Source of the DNA: Candidatus Zhuqueibacterota bacterium
Lineage (GTDB): Bacteria; Zhuqueibacterota; Zhuqueibacteria; Thermofontimicrobiales; Thermofontimicrobiaceae
Assembly: GCA_049322915.1 (NCBI GenBank)
Contig: JBMOPW010000007.1
Location: 389,116-453,115, forward strand
Length of the DNA stretch: 64,000 nucleotides
Direction: 5' to 3'
The notes under the pieces are model-generated. The model did not search any database and was not told where the DNA came from. It saw nothing but the letters and a program-made list of their open reading frames with translations. Below, in pieces: positions 39,856 through 51,162 of the stretch. Numbering within the stretch: the stretch's first letter is position 1; each line of letters opens with the position of its first letter. The position numbers and the translations under genes are program-made.

Positions 39856-41427
39856 TCACTCCACTTCAAAGATATGGGCGGCCTGATGCGTGACGCCGTA
39901 TTGATCAACTGTCCGAACCACAATGTGATGAGGCCCCGGCGCCAGGTCGGTCGGCAGAGCGACGCTCCAGATATGGGTGGAGTAGCCGGCGTCCAGCCAG
40001 TAAGGCATAGATGCCTTTTGCTGCTGATAACTTTGGTGTATGAATGGATCGATCCGAATGACCCGCTGCATCGGCTGCGCTGGCTGGTCGTCAATTGAAC
40101 ATGTGGCAGTTGATTTTTCGCTGCCGTCAAATATATTGACGATGATCTGAGTGGTATCCAGCGCGCTTTTCGCTATAATTCCAAGTGGCGAGGCAAAGCG
40201 CATTTGATAATCTGCGCCGCGCGACGCCGCCTTGAAATACTGCGTGTATTGATTCGCGGCAAATCGAATCACGTGGTAGCCGTTGGGCGTGCCATCGCTC
40301 TGATCGGTGACCGGAATGCCGCGCTCGTCTTTCTGTCCGCTCCACCACGCGCCGGCAGCCGCAGAACAGATGATTTCGTGGATGGGTTTTTCCCCATGCC
40401 AGCCCAGCGTTTCGCCCAGAAAGTGATGTTCCAGCGTGTGCATGTGACCGGCCAGGGCCAGGATATTTTTCCGGCCGGCCAGAATGTCGAACAGCGCCTC
40501 GCGGTTGGTGACATTGATGCCCGGCTCTGTGCCCTGTCCGCTAAAAATTGGTATGTGCTTGGTGAGCACAATGAGCTTGTCAGACGGAACGAATCGCAGG
40601 TCGTTTTCAAGCCAGGTCAATTGCTTTTCCACAATGCGCCCCTGATAACGCGGTTGGCCGCTTTCATTCTTGCCGAGATATTCCACGTCATCCAGGACGA
40701 TGAAATGCACCTGACCGTAATCGAACGAATAGTAGTTAGGCCCGAAGTGGCGCTTGAATGTCTCCATCGAATACTCGTCCGATGCGGCGTCGTAATTTTC
40801 ATCGTGATTGCCGGGAACGTTGTAGAGCGGAATGCCGAGTTGGGCCATCACGCGGTTGTAGCGCGGGTAATGAGAAAGATCGTCGTACATGATATCGCCC
40901 AGCGTGATGCCGCACAGGGCGTCGCTGCGGATGAGTTCAGCGACCACATCGTCGCGGAGGTAACTGATTTCGTCATTGTCCCGCGTCTGCGGATCGGCGA
41001 AGGCCAATACGCTGAACGTATCCGGTTCCTGACTTTTGAACAATGGGAAGTTCACCTGTTTGGGCAGATTGCCGGTGGGCTGCACCCCGCCGAATTCCAG
41101 TTTCGGCGAGCCCTTTGGCTGGTGGATGTAATAGAACTGCGGCAGATTCACCTCGTTCATCGGCGTCTGATAGCCTGCCGGCTTGGTGATAAAAATAACA
41201 GCGTCGCCGTCGAGCCGAATGGTGTACCGGCCATTCCCGTCGGTTTGCACCACATCGCGCTGATTGGAAACCAGCACCCCGGGAATGCCAATTTCGCCTT
41301 TGTCCAGCATGAGATTTTTATTGGCGTCCTCGAACACCGTGCCTTTTGCTGTTTGGGAGAAAGCATTGGGATTGAAAAAGAGTACCGCAGCCCCAAGTAT
41401 TACGAGTACCGTCATTAGCTTCTTCAT
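39856..41427 (-). CDS. Exported calcineurin-like metallophosphoesterase (MetallophosN/C)
   Basis: RBS aggag, signal peptide, ADPQ, LGDI, GNHD, HIP, GHMH, DGTPNGY. Confidence 0.9.
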   Translation of the reverse strand: MKKLMTVLVILGAAVLFFNPNAFSQTAKGTVFEDANKNLMLDKGEIGIPGVLVSNQRDVVQTDGNGRYTIRLDGDAVIFITKPAGYQTPMNEVNLPQFYYIHQPKGSPKLEFGGVQPTGNLPKQVNFPLFKSQEPDTFSVLAFADPQTRDNDEISYLRDDVVAELIRSDALCGITLGDIMYDDLSHYPRYNRVMAQLGIPLYNVPGNHDENYDAASDEYSMETFKRHFGPNYYSFDYGQVHFIVLDDVEYLGKNESGQPRYQGRIVEKQLTWLENDLRFVPSDKLIVLTKHIPIFSGQGTEPGINVTNREALFDILAGRKNILALAGHMHTLEHHFLGETLGWHGEKPIHEIICSAAAGAWWSGQKDERGIPVTDQSDGTPNGYHVIRFAANQYTQYFKAASRGADYQMRFASPLGIIAKSALDTTQIIVNIFDGSEKSTATCSIDDQPAQPMQRVIRIDPFIHQSYQQQKASMPYWLDAGYSTHIWSVALPTDLAPGPHHIVVRTVDQYGVTHQAAHIFEVE

Positions 41428-41686
41428 GGTATATCTCCTGGTTATAAAATTAGAATTAATTTCGTTCATCAAAAACTTTTGAATTTAAGAATTATTGAAT
41501 TGCATTGCAAGCGAATATTTGAATAATTTTTAAGGCGTAGATACCGGACAAGTAATTCCGATGCGCCTCAAATCCTTTGGGATTGCAGGATCAATCTTTC
41601 TTCGGCATGGGGAAAATCCGATCGATGGGAGTGGGTATTCGGCGGAATGGCGGATTCGATGGTCGTATCGCCGGCCAGGGCTGGCT

Positions 41687-43033
41687 CTAAACGCCCAGTT
41701 TTTTCATTCTGTAAATCAGCACGTGCCGGGGAATATCCAGCAGTCTGGCGGCTTTCGTCTGATTGCCGCCGGTCTTTTCAAGCGCGTTGCGAATGGCCTT
41801 GCGCTCGATTTCTTTCATGGTGACGCCTTCCTCTGCCATGTTCTTCGGAGCGCTCGGCGCATTGGATTTCCAGACCGGCTGTAGCAAATCCGGCGTGATG
41901 ACCGGGTCTTTGGAAATGACAATGGCCCGCTCAATGACATTCTCCAACTCGCGCACATTGCCGGGCCAATGATGGTCGAGCAGAAGCGCCAGCGCCTCCG
42001 GGGTGATGGTGAACGATTGATTGCGCTCGTGTTTCTGGATGAAGTGGTCGACCAGAAACGGGATGTCCTCTTTTCTCTCCCGCAGCGGGGGAATGACAAT
42101 GGTGACTACGTTGAGGCGATAGTATAAATCCTCCCGGAATTTGCCGGCAGCCACCTGCTCCTGTATGTTTTTGTTTGTCGCTGCCACAACGCGGACATCC
42201 ACCTTAACAGGTATCGAGTCCCCGACGCGTTCGAATTCCTTCTCCTGCAACACGCGCAGCAGTCGCGCCTGCAGGTCTTCCTTCAAATCGCCAATCTCGT
42301 CCAGGAAAATGGTGCTGCCATCCGCCAATTGAAATTTGCCCTTTCGATCTTTGAGCGCACCGGTGAAGGCGCCTCTGACATGCCCGAATAATTCGCTCTC
42401 CATCAGATTCTCCGGGATCGAGGGACAATTGACCGTGATCATCGGTCGGTTTTTTCGGGAACTGTTGTAATGAATGGCCCGGGCAATCAGTTCCTTGCCG
42501 GTGCCGCTTTCGCCCTGGACAAGCACGGTGGCTTCGCTCTCCGCGACGCGGCCGGTAAGCTTCAGCACATCCTCCATCGCTGAGCTTTTGCCGATAAGAT
42601 TGCCGAAGTTGTATTTCTGCAGGAGCTCGCTCCTCAATTGCACATTTTCATTCTGCAGCTTCCGCAGCCGAATGGCTTTTTCGATGACAAACCGCAGCGA
42701 CTCTTTGCCGAACGGTTTAGTGAGGTAATCATCCGCGCCAATCTGACTGGCTTCAATGGCATTTTCAACGGTGCCGTAGGCGGTGATGACGATCAGAATG
42801 ACGTTTTTATCGAAACGCCGAATCGTGGTCAAAACGTCCATGCCCGAAATATCCGGCAACTGCAAATCAGTGATGACGATATCGAAAGCAGCCTGATTGA
42901 ACGTGGCGAGGCCGGATCCGCCATTCAGCGCCGTGGTCACTTTGAAACCCATCTGCTGCAATTGATAGGCAACGACCTTGTTCAGATTGGCGTCGTCGTC
43001 GATCAATAATATTTTATTGAAATTATCAGGCAT
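41687..43033 (-). CDS. NtrC-family sigma54 response regulator (REC-AAA-Fis HTH)
   Basis: GESGTGKE, ESELFGH..GAFTGA, FLDEIG, WPGNVREL. Confidence 0.95.
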   Translation of the reverse strand: MPDNFNKILLIDDDANLNKVVAYQLQQMGFKVTTALNGGSGLATFNQAAFDIVITDLQLPDISGMDVLTTIRRFDKNVILIVITAYGTVENAIEASQIGADDYLTKPFGKESLRFVIEKAIRLRKLQNENVQLRSELLQKYNFGNLIGKSSAMEDVLKLTGRVAESEATVLVQGESGTGKELIARAIHYNSSRKNRPMITVNCPSIPENLMESELFGHVRGAFTGALKDRKGKFQLADGSTIFLDEIGDLKEDLQARLLRVLQEKEFERVGDSIPVKVDVRVVAATNKNIQEQVAAGKFREDLYYRLNVVTIVIPPLRERKEDIPFLVDHFIQKHERNQSFTITPEALALLLDHHWPGNVRELENVIERAIVISKDPVITPDLLQPVWKSNAPSAPKNMAEEGVTMKEIERKAIRNALEKTGGNQTKAARLLDIPRHVLIYRMKKLGV

Positions 43034-44180
43034 CTTTTTTCTCCGGCGGAATAGTGATGGTGAAATCCGTCCCCTGCGATGGCGAACTTTTCACGTCCAT
43101 CTTCCATTTGTTCTGATCGATAATTCGTTTCACAATTTTCAATCCCAGCCCGGTGCCGGTCGGCTTTGTGGTGAAGAACGGCTTGAAAATGTCGGACAGC
43201 GTCTCCTGGGTCATGCCCTGGCCCGTATCGCGGATGGTCAGGCGAATCCAGTGAAATTCCTCGGCCTGATTCGATGGGAGATATTCTCCGCGAATGGTGA
43301 TTTCGCCGCCGTCCGGCATGGCATAGATTGAATTCAACAGGAGATTGATCAAAATCTGGCGAAGCTGATTCTCATCGGTGACCAGTTCCATGGGCGAAGC
43401 CGGAAAATCCAGCGCGAACGAGATCCCCTGTCTTTGCGCTTTGTAATTGAGCAGGTAAACGACCGAGCGGGAAACAAAGGCGAGATTGCAGGACTGCTTT
43501 GTCACCTGCGGCTTGCGGGCGAAATTTAAATAATTCTCAACGACCTGATTGAGCCGCTTCACCTCGTTGATTAAAATGTCCATGAACTCCGAGCTTTTCC
43601 CTTCTTTGAAACAATCGCTCTTGAGGATTTCCACGACGCCCCAAATGGAGCCGAGGGGATTGCGCACTTCATGGGCGAGACTGGCGGTGAGTTCGCCCAG
43701 AACTGAAAGTCGTTCCGCGGTTCGTAGCTGATCCTCAATCTCGGTCAATTTTTCGGATTGAGACTTGAGCTGCCGGTAAGAATGTTCCAATTCGCGCACA
43801 GTTTCCCGGTACTTCCTGCGTTCCTCCCACTCGCGCCGGGAAAGCGTTCCGGCCACAGAGCCGACGACAAGAAACATGACCATCGCTAAAAAGCGGCTGA
43901 AATTGGAGAGGAAATCACCGCCCCATTGAAAAACCACATGTGGGAAATAGAGGGCGATGACGACTGCCGCAGCCGAAAGTCCGCCTTTCAATCTGAAGCG
44001 GTACGCTGCCAGGATAATGGGCAGATAGAAGAACGCGCGCAGCAATTCATGGAGATGAGGCATGCGGGTCGGAATGGCGTAATGCAACGTGGCAATGGCG
44101 ATGATCAATGCCCCGATGAACAGAATCCATGTCGTATTTCGCGAGGATTCCTGCGTGTGAATTTTACCTGTGTTCTTCAT
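43026..44180 (-). CDS. Membrane sensor histidine kinase
   Basis: Four TM segments, LAHEVRNPL, INLLLNS, DTGQGM, GTGLGL. Confidence 0.92.
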   Translation of the reverse strand: MKNTGKIHTQESSRNTTWILFIGALIIAIATLHYAIPTRMPHLHELLRAFFYLPIILAAYRFRLKGGLSAAAVVIALYFPHVVFQWGGDFLSNFSRFLAMVMFLVVGSVAGTLSRREWEERRKYRETVRELEHSYRQLKSQSEKLTEIEDQLRTAERLSVLGELTASLAHEVRNPLGSIWGVVEILKSDCFKEGKSSEFMDILINEVKRLNQVVENYLNFARKPQVTKQSCNLAFVSRSVVYLLNYKAQRQGISFALDFPASPMELVTDENQLRQILINLLLNSIYAMPDGGEITIRGEYLPSNQAEEFHWIRLTIRDTGQGMTQETLSDIFKPFFTTKPTGTGLGLKIVKRIIDQNKWKMDVKSSPSQGTDFTITIPPEKKDA

Positions 44181-44405
44181 CCTGATTTTCCCTGAACAGC
44201 GGCGGCGATGAACCGGCGACCTGTTGTTACGTTCGCGAGTTCCGCCCGTTGCTCGGTTCAAAATGCCAGCAGGTCATAACTCCAATTCAGTCACTGGCCA
44301 ACTGCGATAAATGGCTCAGTTTAAACTGACCTGAAATAATTTCAGTTCCGCACGGTCGCTCGCAGACATTCGGCGGACGCGGGTTTAGCAGGAGGATTGA
44401 GCGGG

Positions 44406-45308
44406 TTACGGGACCAAAAAGATGATGGCCACGCCAACGATGGCCAGTGTGGTTCCAAAGATGGCGCGCCAGGAAATTTCCTCTTTGAAAATCCAGCGTG
44501 ACAGTGGCAGCAGAAAGATGGGGGGAAGCGCCATCAGCGTCGAGGCAATACCGATATCCGCGTGCTTAATCGCGATAAGGGAGAGCCATATCCCTAAAAA
44601 GGGACCGAACACGGACCCGGCGATTAGGGCACTGCGCGCCGGTGGATTTTTCATGAATTTGAAATTCGAGGAAATTTGCCCTTTGAACAACGCCGCCACC
44701 CAGAGAATGGACGCGGCGGTGAAAACGCGGATCAGATTCGCGGACAGCGCCGGAAAGTCACCGCTCAACCCTTTCTTGGCAGTAATCAGCGCGATGGCCT
44801 GACCGACCGCACCGCCAATACCGCATAAAATGCCCAGCACGTATTTTCGGGACTGAGTCGGTTGCGTATTGTTGTTCCGTTCCAAAATGACCCAGACAAT
44901 GCCGCCGAGGGTGAGCAGAATGGCAACGATTTCGGAAAGGCTCAGGACTTCGTTGAAGAACTCCCAGGCTAACAGGGTGGAGATGATGGGAACAATCGCC
45001 ATGATGAGCATGGAGAGTCGCGCGCCGATTAAGATGAAAGCCTGAAAAAGCAGTCCGTCTCCCAGCACAAGCCCGATGATACCTGAAAGTCCCAGCCATA
45101 CCCAACGATAGGGTTCAGCAGCGACTGGCAGCAATGCGCCGTACAGAAAAAAATGGAGGATAATTAAATAGCTTGTAGCAAAGAGAAGGCGGGTCCGATT
45201 GACAATGAGTGAGCCAACATGTTGCCCCGCAATGGTGAATAATATTGACGTGAATGTCCACAGAAAAGCAGTGAATAAAGCGGCAGTCTCACCAATGTAT
45301 GTATTCAA
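44406..45308 (-). CDS. DMT/EamA family transporter
   Basis: About 10 TM segments in two repeats; GLVLGDG..F.A. Confidence 0.88.
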   Translation of the reverse strand: MNTYIGETAALFTAFLWTFTSILFTIAGQHVGSLIVNRTRLLFATSYLIILHFFLYGALLPVAAEPYRWVWLGLSGIIGLVLGDGLLFQAFILIGARLSMLIMAIVPIISTLLAWEFFNEVLSLSEIVAILLTLGGIVWVILERNNNTQPTQSRKYVLGILCGIGGAVGQAIALITAKKGLSGDFPALSANLIRVFTAASILWVAALFKGQISSNFKFMKNPPARSALIAGSVFGPFLGIWLSLIAIKHADIGIASTLMALPPIFLLPLSRWIFKEEISWRAIFGTTLAIVGVAIIFLVP

Positions 45309-45952
45309 TATTTTTTCTGTTTTTTAAGTGAAGGTAGTGAATGTGGTTATGGTTGGTGAATATACGGATTAAAAGAGAAAAAATCAACAGTTTACTTTTT
45401 GGGGATGAACCAAATAAAAAGCGTTGCCTTGCCAGTCGCGCGGCAAATGTAACTGAGTCTCCCGGTTGATTTAAAGCACCTGAATTCCGGGCAACAGATT
45501 TTTTTTTATGCAAGATTAGGACAGGCATTCCTGGTCGTGCCTGATTCGCTATCCTGAATCATGACTGCCCGATTGTATAATAGTTGACAACATCGTGTAG
45601 AATATTCTACAATGGATAATAACCAAGGCAAGATTGCGCCGCCTCTTCGCACTACTGCCTCCGGCGAGGAGAAATTAAAAGATGAGTGAACTTGTTCCGT
45701 CGAGAGCAGTTTAATAATGAGACATGTCGCAACTGGCAACGCACGGAGGTGCGCAAATAGCCCTTTTCATTCGTTGATTCGTTGTGGGTGTTTGCTTCGC
45801 GAGAGAGCCGACAGCGTTGAAACCGGCAATGTCATTGGGAAGTTCAATAAAAGTTTCAATTTGCTGAATGCAGTCAAGTTAAGCTGGATGCAGTGAAATG
45901 AACGACCGGTTGAGAAAGTCGAATGCCGCGCCACTTATATTTATGAAAAAAG

Positions 45953-45968
45953 TGGTATGTTGTTTGCA
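45953..45968 (+). promoter_or_regulatory. sigma54 promoter of the sigma70-family gene
   Basis: TGGTATGTTGTTTGCA about 70 nt before ATG. Confidence 0.55.
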
Positions 45969-46034
45969 GTGTGAAGTCAAAATTACAATTCCAAAAAAAT
46001 AAATTACATTCAGATACAAGTGTTGGGTAGGATA

Positions 46035-46883
46035 ATGCATAACTTAAAGAATGGGTCCAATAGGCGGGTACTGGAAAAATACCTGGCTGAGATTGATAAA
46101 ATACCGCGATTGACGCATGAACAGGAATTGGCTCTGGCCAGACGAATCCAGACTGGCGACAAGCAGGCGATGGATGAACTGGTGCGGGGAAATTTGAAAT
46201 TCGTGGTGTTCATTGCGCGCGAGTACGAGGAGCGCGGGCTTCCATTTGATGAGATCGTCAGTGAAGGCAATATAGGATTAATGGAAGCGGCCCGACGTTT
46301 CGATGCCGATCGCGGTTATAAATTTATTTCGTACGCCGTATGGTGGATTCGACAGGCCATTATGCGCGCAGTGGCCAAGCACTCGCGGTTGGTGCGGCTT
46401 CCCATCAACAGGATTGGCATTCTGGGAAAATTCAGTTCGACGGTGAAAAACCTTGAACAGGATCTGGGACGCGCGCCGGCGCTGGAAGAGGTGGCCGACA
46501 TGCTGGAAATTTCCCCCAATGAATTGTCGAGAAATTTAACCCACTGGACGAACGAATTGTCGCTCGATGACTCGACCCTGCCTTACGACGGCAGTCTTTC
46601 GCTGATCGACCGGCTCGAAAGCAATGAATTCGCAGAGCCATCAAGCAAGCTGCTGGAAGAGTCGTTGAAGATCGACATTCGATGCGCGCTGGATTCGCTG
46701 TCCTCGGCTGAAGCGACGGTGCTGCGGCTCTATTTCGGTCTTGATTGTGAACGGCCATTGACTCTCCTGGAAATAGGGAATCAAATGAATTTGAGTCGCG
46801 AACGCATCCGGCAGATAAAACAGAAAGCCGTTCGGAAATTGCAGTATGTCCATCGCCGGGAAAAATTAAGAAATTATCTGTAA
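46035..46883 (+). CDS. RpoD/SigA-family sigma factor lacking region 1.1
   Basis: NLKFVV.IA, EGNIGLMEAARRFD, YAVWWIRQAI, LSRERIRQI. Confidence 0.93.
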   Translation: MHNLKNGSNRRVLEKYLAEIDKIPRLTHEQELALARRIQTGDKQAMDELVRGNLKFVVFIAREYEERGLPFDEIVSEGNIGLMEAARRFDADRGYKFISYAVWWIRQAIMRAVAKHSRLVRLPINRIGILGKFSSTVKNLEQDLGRAPALEEVADMLEISPNELSRNLTHWTNELSLDDSTLPYDGSLSLIDRLESNEFAEPSSKLLEESLKIDIRCALDSLSSAEATVLRLYFGLDCERPLTLLEIGNQMNLSRERIRQIKQKAVRKLQYVHRREKLRNYL

Positions 46884-46935
46884 TATTCATGCGCGGAGAC
46901 AGACACTCATTTTGAGGAGGGAACATAATTTTTAC

Positions 46936-48327
46936 ATGCAAGATATTGATGTGATAATCAATGAAAATGGATTGCTGAAAACTCTGTTTCATTCAATTCC
47001 CAGTTCGGTAATGATCATCGATAAAAATCACCGCGTGCAGTCGGTCAGTGATTTTTTAGAGAGATCATTGAACGTGAGCCGCGGCGAAATTTTCAATAAA
47101 AGCATTGGTGAAGTGATACGCTGTGTGAGCGCTGCCGAAGGTGGGGGCGCATGCGGACAAAATAAATTATGCCAGGATTGCCAGATTTTTGATGTGGCGT
47201 TCAAAGCGCTCAACGGGAGAAAGGTGCACAAGGCAAAGGTCAAAAAGGCATTGCTCAAAGGGGATGGCGTCGAGGATGTGGTCTTGCTCGTGAGCGCTGC
47301 GCCGGTGGAATATCGCGGAGAGCAATTAGCGCTGTTGATGCTCGAGGATATTTCGGAATTGACGAAGCTCAAAGCGAAACTGCGCATGCAGGAAGGGTTT
47401 GCCGGTCTCATTGGACAAAATCCCCGGATGGTGGAACTCTACGAGACCATCGAAGAGTTAGCCCAGGTCGATGTCCCTGTTTTAATTCAGGGTGAAAGCG
47501 GAACCGGCAAAGAATTGATCGCTACGGCAATCCATTACCAGGGAAAACGAGCGACGGAATCGTTCGTGGCAGTCAACTGCGGTGCATTGACGGAAACGCT
47601 TCTGGAGAGCGAGCTATTCGGCCATGTCAAGGGCGCGTTCACCGGCGCGATTCGCGATAAAAAGGGCCGGTTCGAAATGGCCGATGGCGGCACTATTTTT
47701 CTCGATGAATTGAACGATATTTCACCGATGATGCAGGTGAAGATTCTGAGAGTGCTGCAGGAAGGCACGTTCGAACGGGTTGGCAGCGAGAAAACGACCA
47801 AAGTGGATGTGCGGGTCATCAGCGCGACGAATAAAAATATCAACAAAGAAATTGCCGAGGGACGGTTTCGCGAGGATCTGTATTACCGGCTCTGCGTTGT
47901 GCCGATTTACACAGTGCCGCTGCGGGATCGCATCGATGACGTCCCGTTGTTAACCAGATATTTTTTGAGCGAAGCCGTGGGAGAACTCCACCGGGAGCCG
48001 GCTGAGATATCAGCAGAAGCGCTGGAACTGATGAAGAAATATCGCTGGCCGGGCAATATTCGGGAATTGCAGAATGCAATTAAATATGCGCTGGTGAAGT
48101 GCAAGGATCACGTCATCGAACCCAAGCATCTGCCGATGTCAATTCACCAGTCCAAAGAATACACACCTGTTCCGGAGAAACGGAGACGCAAACGAAAGTT
48201 GAACGATTCAGTGGTGAAAAATGCGCTGGACAAGGCCAATGGCAACAAAGTAGTCACGGCCAAATTGTTAGGCGTTTCGCGGGCGACTCTCTACCGCTAC
48301 ATGGAATTCAGCGGAATTGAAGAATGA
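46936..48327 (+). CDS. sigma54 enhancer-binding protein with Cys-rich PAS-like input domain
   Basis: GESGTGKE, GAFTGA, WPGNIREL, LGVSRATLYR. Confidence 0.92.
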   Translation: MQDIDVIINENGLLKTLFHSIPSSVMIIDKNHRVQSVSDFLERSLNVSRGEIFNKSIGEVIRCVSAAEGGGACGQNKLCQDCQIFDVAFKALNGRKVHKAKVKKALLKGDGVEDVVLLVSAAPVEYRGEQLALLMLEDISELTKLKAKLRMQEGFAGLIGQNPRMVELYETIEELAQVDVPVLIQGESGTGKELIATAIHYQGKRATESFVAVNCGALTETLLESELFGHVKGAFTGAIRDKKGRFEMADGGTIFLDELNDISPMMQVKILRVLQEGTFERVGSEKTTKVDVRVISATNKNINKEIAEGRFREDLYYRLCVVPIYTVPLRDRIDDVPLLTRYFLSEAVGELHREPAEISAEALELMKKYRWPGNIRELQNAIKYALVKCKDHVIEPKHLPMSIHQSKEYTPVPEKRRRKRKLNDSVVKNALDKANGNKVVTAKLLGVSRATLYRYMEFSGIEE

Positions 48328-48725
48328 TGCACAGCGGCACGGTGGTCAGCATGAGGCGCGGGGAATGGAGCAGAACTTATATTCCCTAATAGGTGAATCG
48401 TTCGGCAACCCCGGTGTACTAAAATTAACCAAACAGTCACTAATTCAGATCAATTCATTGGAATAAAATATCAAACGAATGGAGTCATAGAAACGAATCA
48501 GCAGGGACGTTACCCATCGGAAAATGCGATTCACAGCAAAGAGGATGTGGACCGTTTTACGATGAATTGAGAGGGCCAATTTTTCACAGCAATATTTTCC
48601 TGCGATCGATTGTTACGATAACACACAGTTGAAAATATCAGGGAGTATCGTTAGCTGCATACTACCGAATATGGAAGAAGAATGGTCCGTACCCCATGAA
48701 AGTCTAGCATGATTAAGGTCCATCC

Positions 48726-49919
48726 ATGAGTACAGACACGTTTTACATGAATCTTCCCTTGCTTGATAATTTTTTGGAAGTTGCAAATCCTATAAATTAT
48801 AAAGAGCTGCCACAGGACTGGAGCGTGGTGGTAGCCGACGTAAGGGGGTCAACCAGAGCAATCCAGGAGGGCCGGTATAAAGAAGTGAACATTGCCGGCG
48901 CTTCGGTCATTGTCTCAATTTTGAATATTGCGAAAAAGCTGGAGATACCATTTTCATTTGGGGGAGATGGCGCTGCGCTGTGCATCCCTGATTCCATGGT
49001 GTTTCAAGCGAAAAAGGCGCTCAGCGCGATTAAAACATTAACAAAGAATCAGTACAATCTCGACATGCGCGTCGGCGTGATCCCGGTTCGGGATATTAAG
49101 GCTGCCGGTTATACAATCCTCGTCGCTCGCTATCGGTTCTCAGACTATTTCAATCAGGCGGTGTTCATGGGCGGCGGCATCACGTACGCCGAAGAGTTAT
49201 TGAAAAAACCTGAGAATGGAAAGAACTACAATCTCCTCACAGAATATTATATTCCCAAAGCAGATTTCAAGGGGCTGGAATGCCGCTGGCGAGATATTCC
49301 CAGTCAGCACAGCGAAGTTGTCGCACTGCTCATCAAGGCGACGGGCGCTTCCTTTGACGCCAATGCCAAAATTTACCGCGATGTCATTGCCGTCATCCAG
49401 CGTATTTATGGCGATGATGAGGCCTGTCATCCCATTCATATCCGCCATCTGCATCTCACATTGAATCCCAAAAAATTGATCGTTGAATCCAAAATTCGTA
49501 CCTTTGGGAAAAGCTGGGCGCATCGGTTGATGTACAATATTTGGATGCGAATACAGATTGTCATCCGAAGCGGCATCATGCTGTTTGGTTTTCCAGTGAC
49601 CCGGGTGAACTGGGCGACCTTTCGGGAAGACCTGATTCGGAATACCGATTACAAAAAATTCGATGACATGCTGCGCAAAGTCATGTCAGGGAATCCGGAT
49701 CAGCGCGCAATGCTGGTGAAATATCTGGATGAACGCACCGCCGCCGGAGAGCTTGTCTACGGGGTTTTTGCGTCATCGTCCGCGCTGGTGACATGTTATA
49801 TTTCAGAGAACAACGGCAATCATTTCCATTTTGTTGACGCCAATTTCGGCGGCTATGCAATTGCCGCCAAACAATTGAAAATTCAGTTGGAGTTGCAAGG
49901 GCTGAGAAAGGCGTCCTGA
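48726..49919 (+). CDS. DUF3095-type protein (nucleotide-cyclase-like fold)
   Basis: VADVRGST, GRYKEVN, FGGDGA, GLECRW, KFDD.L, HFVD...GGY. Confidence 0.75.
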   Translation: MSTDTFYMNLPLLDNFLEVANPINYKELPQDWSVVVADVRGSTRAIQEGRYKEVNIAGASVIVSILNIAKKLEIPFSFGGDGAALCIPDSMVFQAKKALSAIKTLTKNQYNLDMRVGVIPVRDIKAAGYTILVARYRFSDYFNQAVFMGGGITYAEELLKKPENGKNYNLLTEYYIPKADFKGLECRWRDIPSQHSEVVALLIKATGASFDANAKIYRDVIAVIQRIYGDDEACHPIHIRHLHLTLNPKKLIVESKIRTFGKSWAHRLMYNIWMRIQIVIRSGIMLFGFPVTRVNWATFREDLIRNTDYKKFDDMLRKVMSGNPDQRAMLVKYLDERTAAGELVYGVFASSSALVTCYISENNGNHFHFVDANFGGYAIAAKQLKIQLELQGLRKAS

Positions 49920-50342
49920 AGCCAAATAGTCCGAACGTGTCAAACGCAAGGTTGAACCGGCAGGTCCGTTGATGACGCGACCTGCCCGGGCTGACTCGAA
50001 TCGGCTTTGATGCGACATGTCTCATTCCCCATGATTAAGCGATACACTCCGCGAATTCTGCACGACGCCTGATTGACTTACCCCTTTGATTTTATGAGAT
50101 TAAATCGCTCCGGTCGCGACTGAAAATCCTGGTATAATTCTTGATAGTCAGTGCCAGAAATATGGAAGAGTCATTCGTTCAACCGACGCCTGAATTTATT
50201 GGGCTGAAACTGTTGTTTCCCGCCCGGAGCGCGGCGCTGAACCGAATGATGGACTGCATCTTTCCGTGGCAAAGACAGCCGTCTGCGCCAATTTACATCG
50301 GAACGATGATGAATGTACACGAACAAAGAAAAGGAAAATTTT

Positions 50343-50987
50343 ATGAAAATAGGCATACTCGGAACCGGAGATGTGGGGAAAGTCCTGGGCAAAGGATTAA
50401 TTGAATTAGGGCATCAGGTGAAAATTGGTTCGCGCGATCCGAAAAAAGTACAGGACTGGGTGCAATCCAATGGGAAGAATGCCTCGGCTGGCGCCTTTGC
50501 CGAAGCAGCCGAGTTCGGCGAACTCATTGTGCTGGCCGTTGCGTGGAGCGGGTGCAAGAACGCCATCTCCCAGGCGCAACTGAATAACTTTGCCGGCAAA
50601 GTGGTGCTGGATGCGACAAATCCGCTGGTGTTTGAAGCTCAGGGAGCGCCGCCGCGGTTAGCTCTGGGTCACACGGATTCCGGCGGCGAGCAGGTTCAGC
50701 GCTGGCTGCCCGGCGCTCACGTGGTGAAAGCGTTCAACAGCGTGGGGAATCTCCACATGGTGAAGCCCGATTTCTCCGATGGCCCGCCGGATATGTTCAT
50801 CTGCGGCAATGATGATTCAGCCAAGAAAACAGTCCGTGAGTTGAGCCAGTCCCTGGGTTGGTCCGTGATCGATCTGGGCGATATCACATCGTCCCGCTTG
50901 CTGGAGCCATTGGCAATGATCTGGATTGTGCATCTCTTCCGAAATAATTTCAACCCGAATCATGCATTCAAATTGTTGAAGAAATAG
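50343..50987 (+). CDS. F420_oxidored-family NADP oxidoreductase
   Basis: GTGDVG, GSR, DATNP, VVKAFN, ICGND, LEPL. Confidence 0.88.
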   Translation: MKIGILGTGDVGKVLGKGLIELGHQVKIGSRDPKKVQDWVQSNGKNASAGAFAEAAEFGELIVLAVAWSGCKNAISQAQLNNFAGKVVLDATNPLVFEAQGAPPRLALGHTDSGGEQVQRWLPGAHVVKAFNSVGNLHMVKPDFSDGPPDMFICGNDDSAKKTVRELSQSLGWSVIDLGDITSSRLLEPLAMIWIVHLFRNNFNPNHAFKLLKK

Positions 50988-51162
50988 CTGGTATAAATCG
51001 GCGGAACAGCGGGTGGCAGACGGGCCGGAGACAGTGAACATTTTATGTCGATGGTAGTTCAACGAGTACATCACACGATCAGGTTTTATTGGATTACTAT
51101 TCACCGATGTTGACTCACTGAAAACATCGTCACATCGAATGACTTAAACAAAGGAGGCGGTC

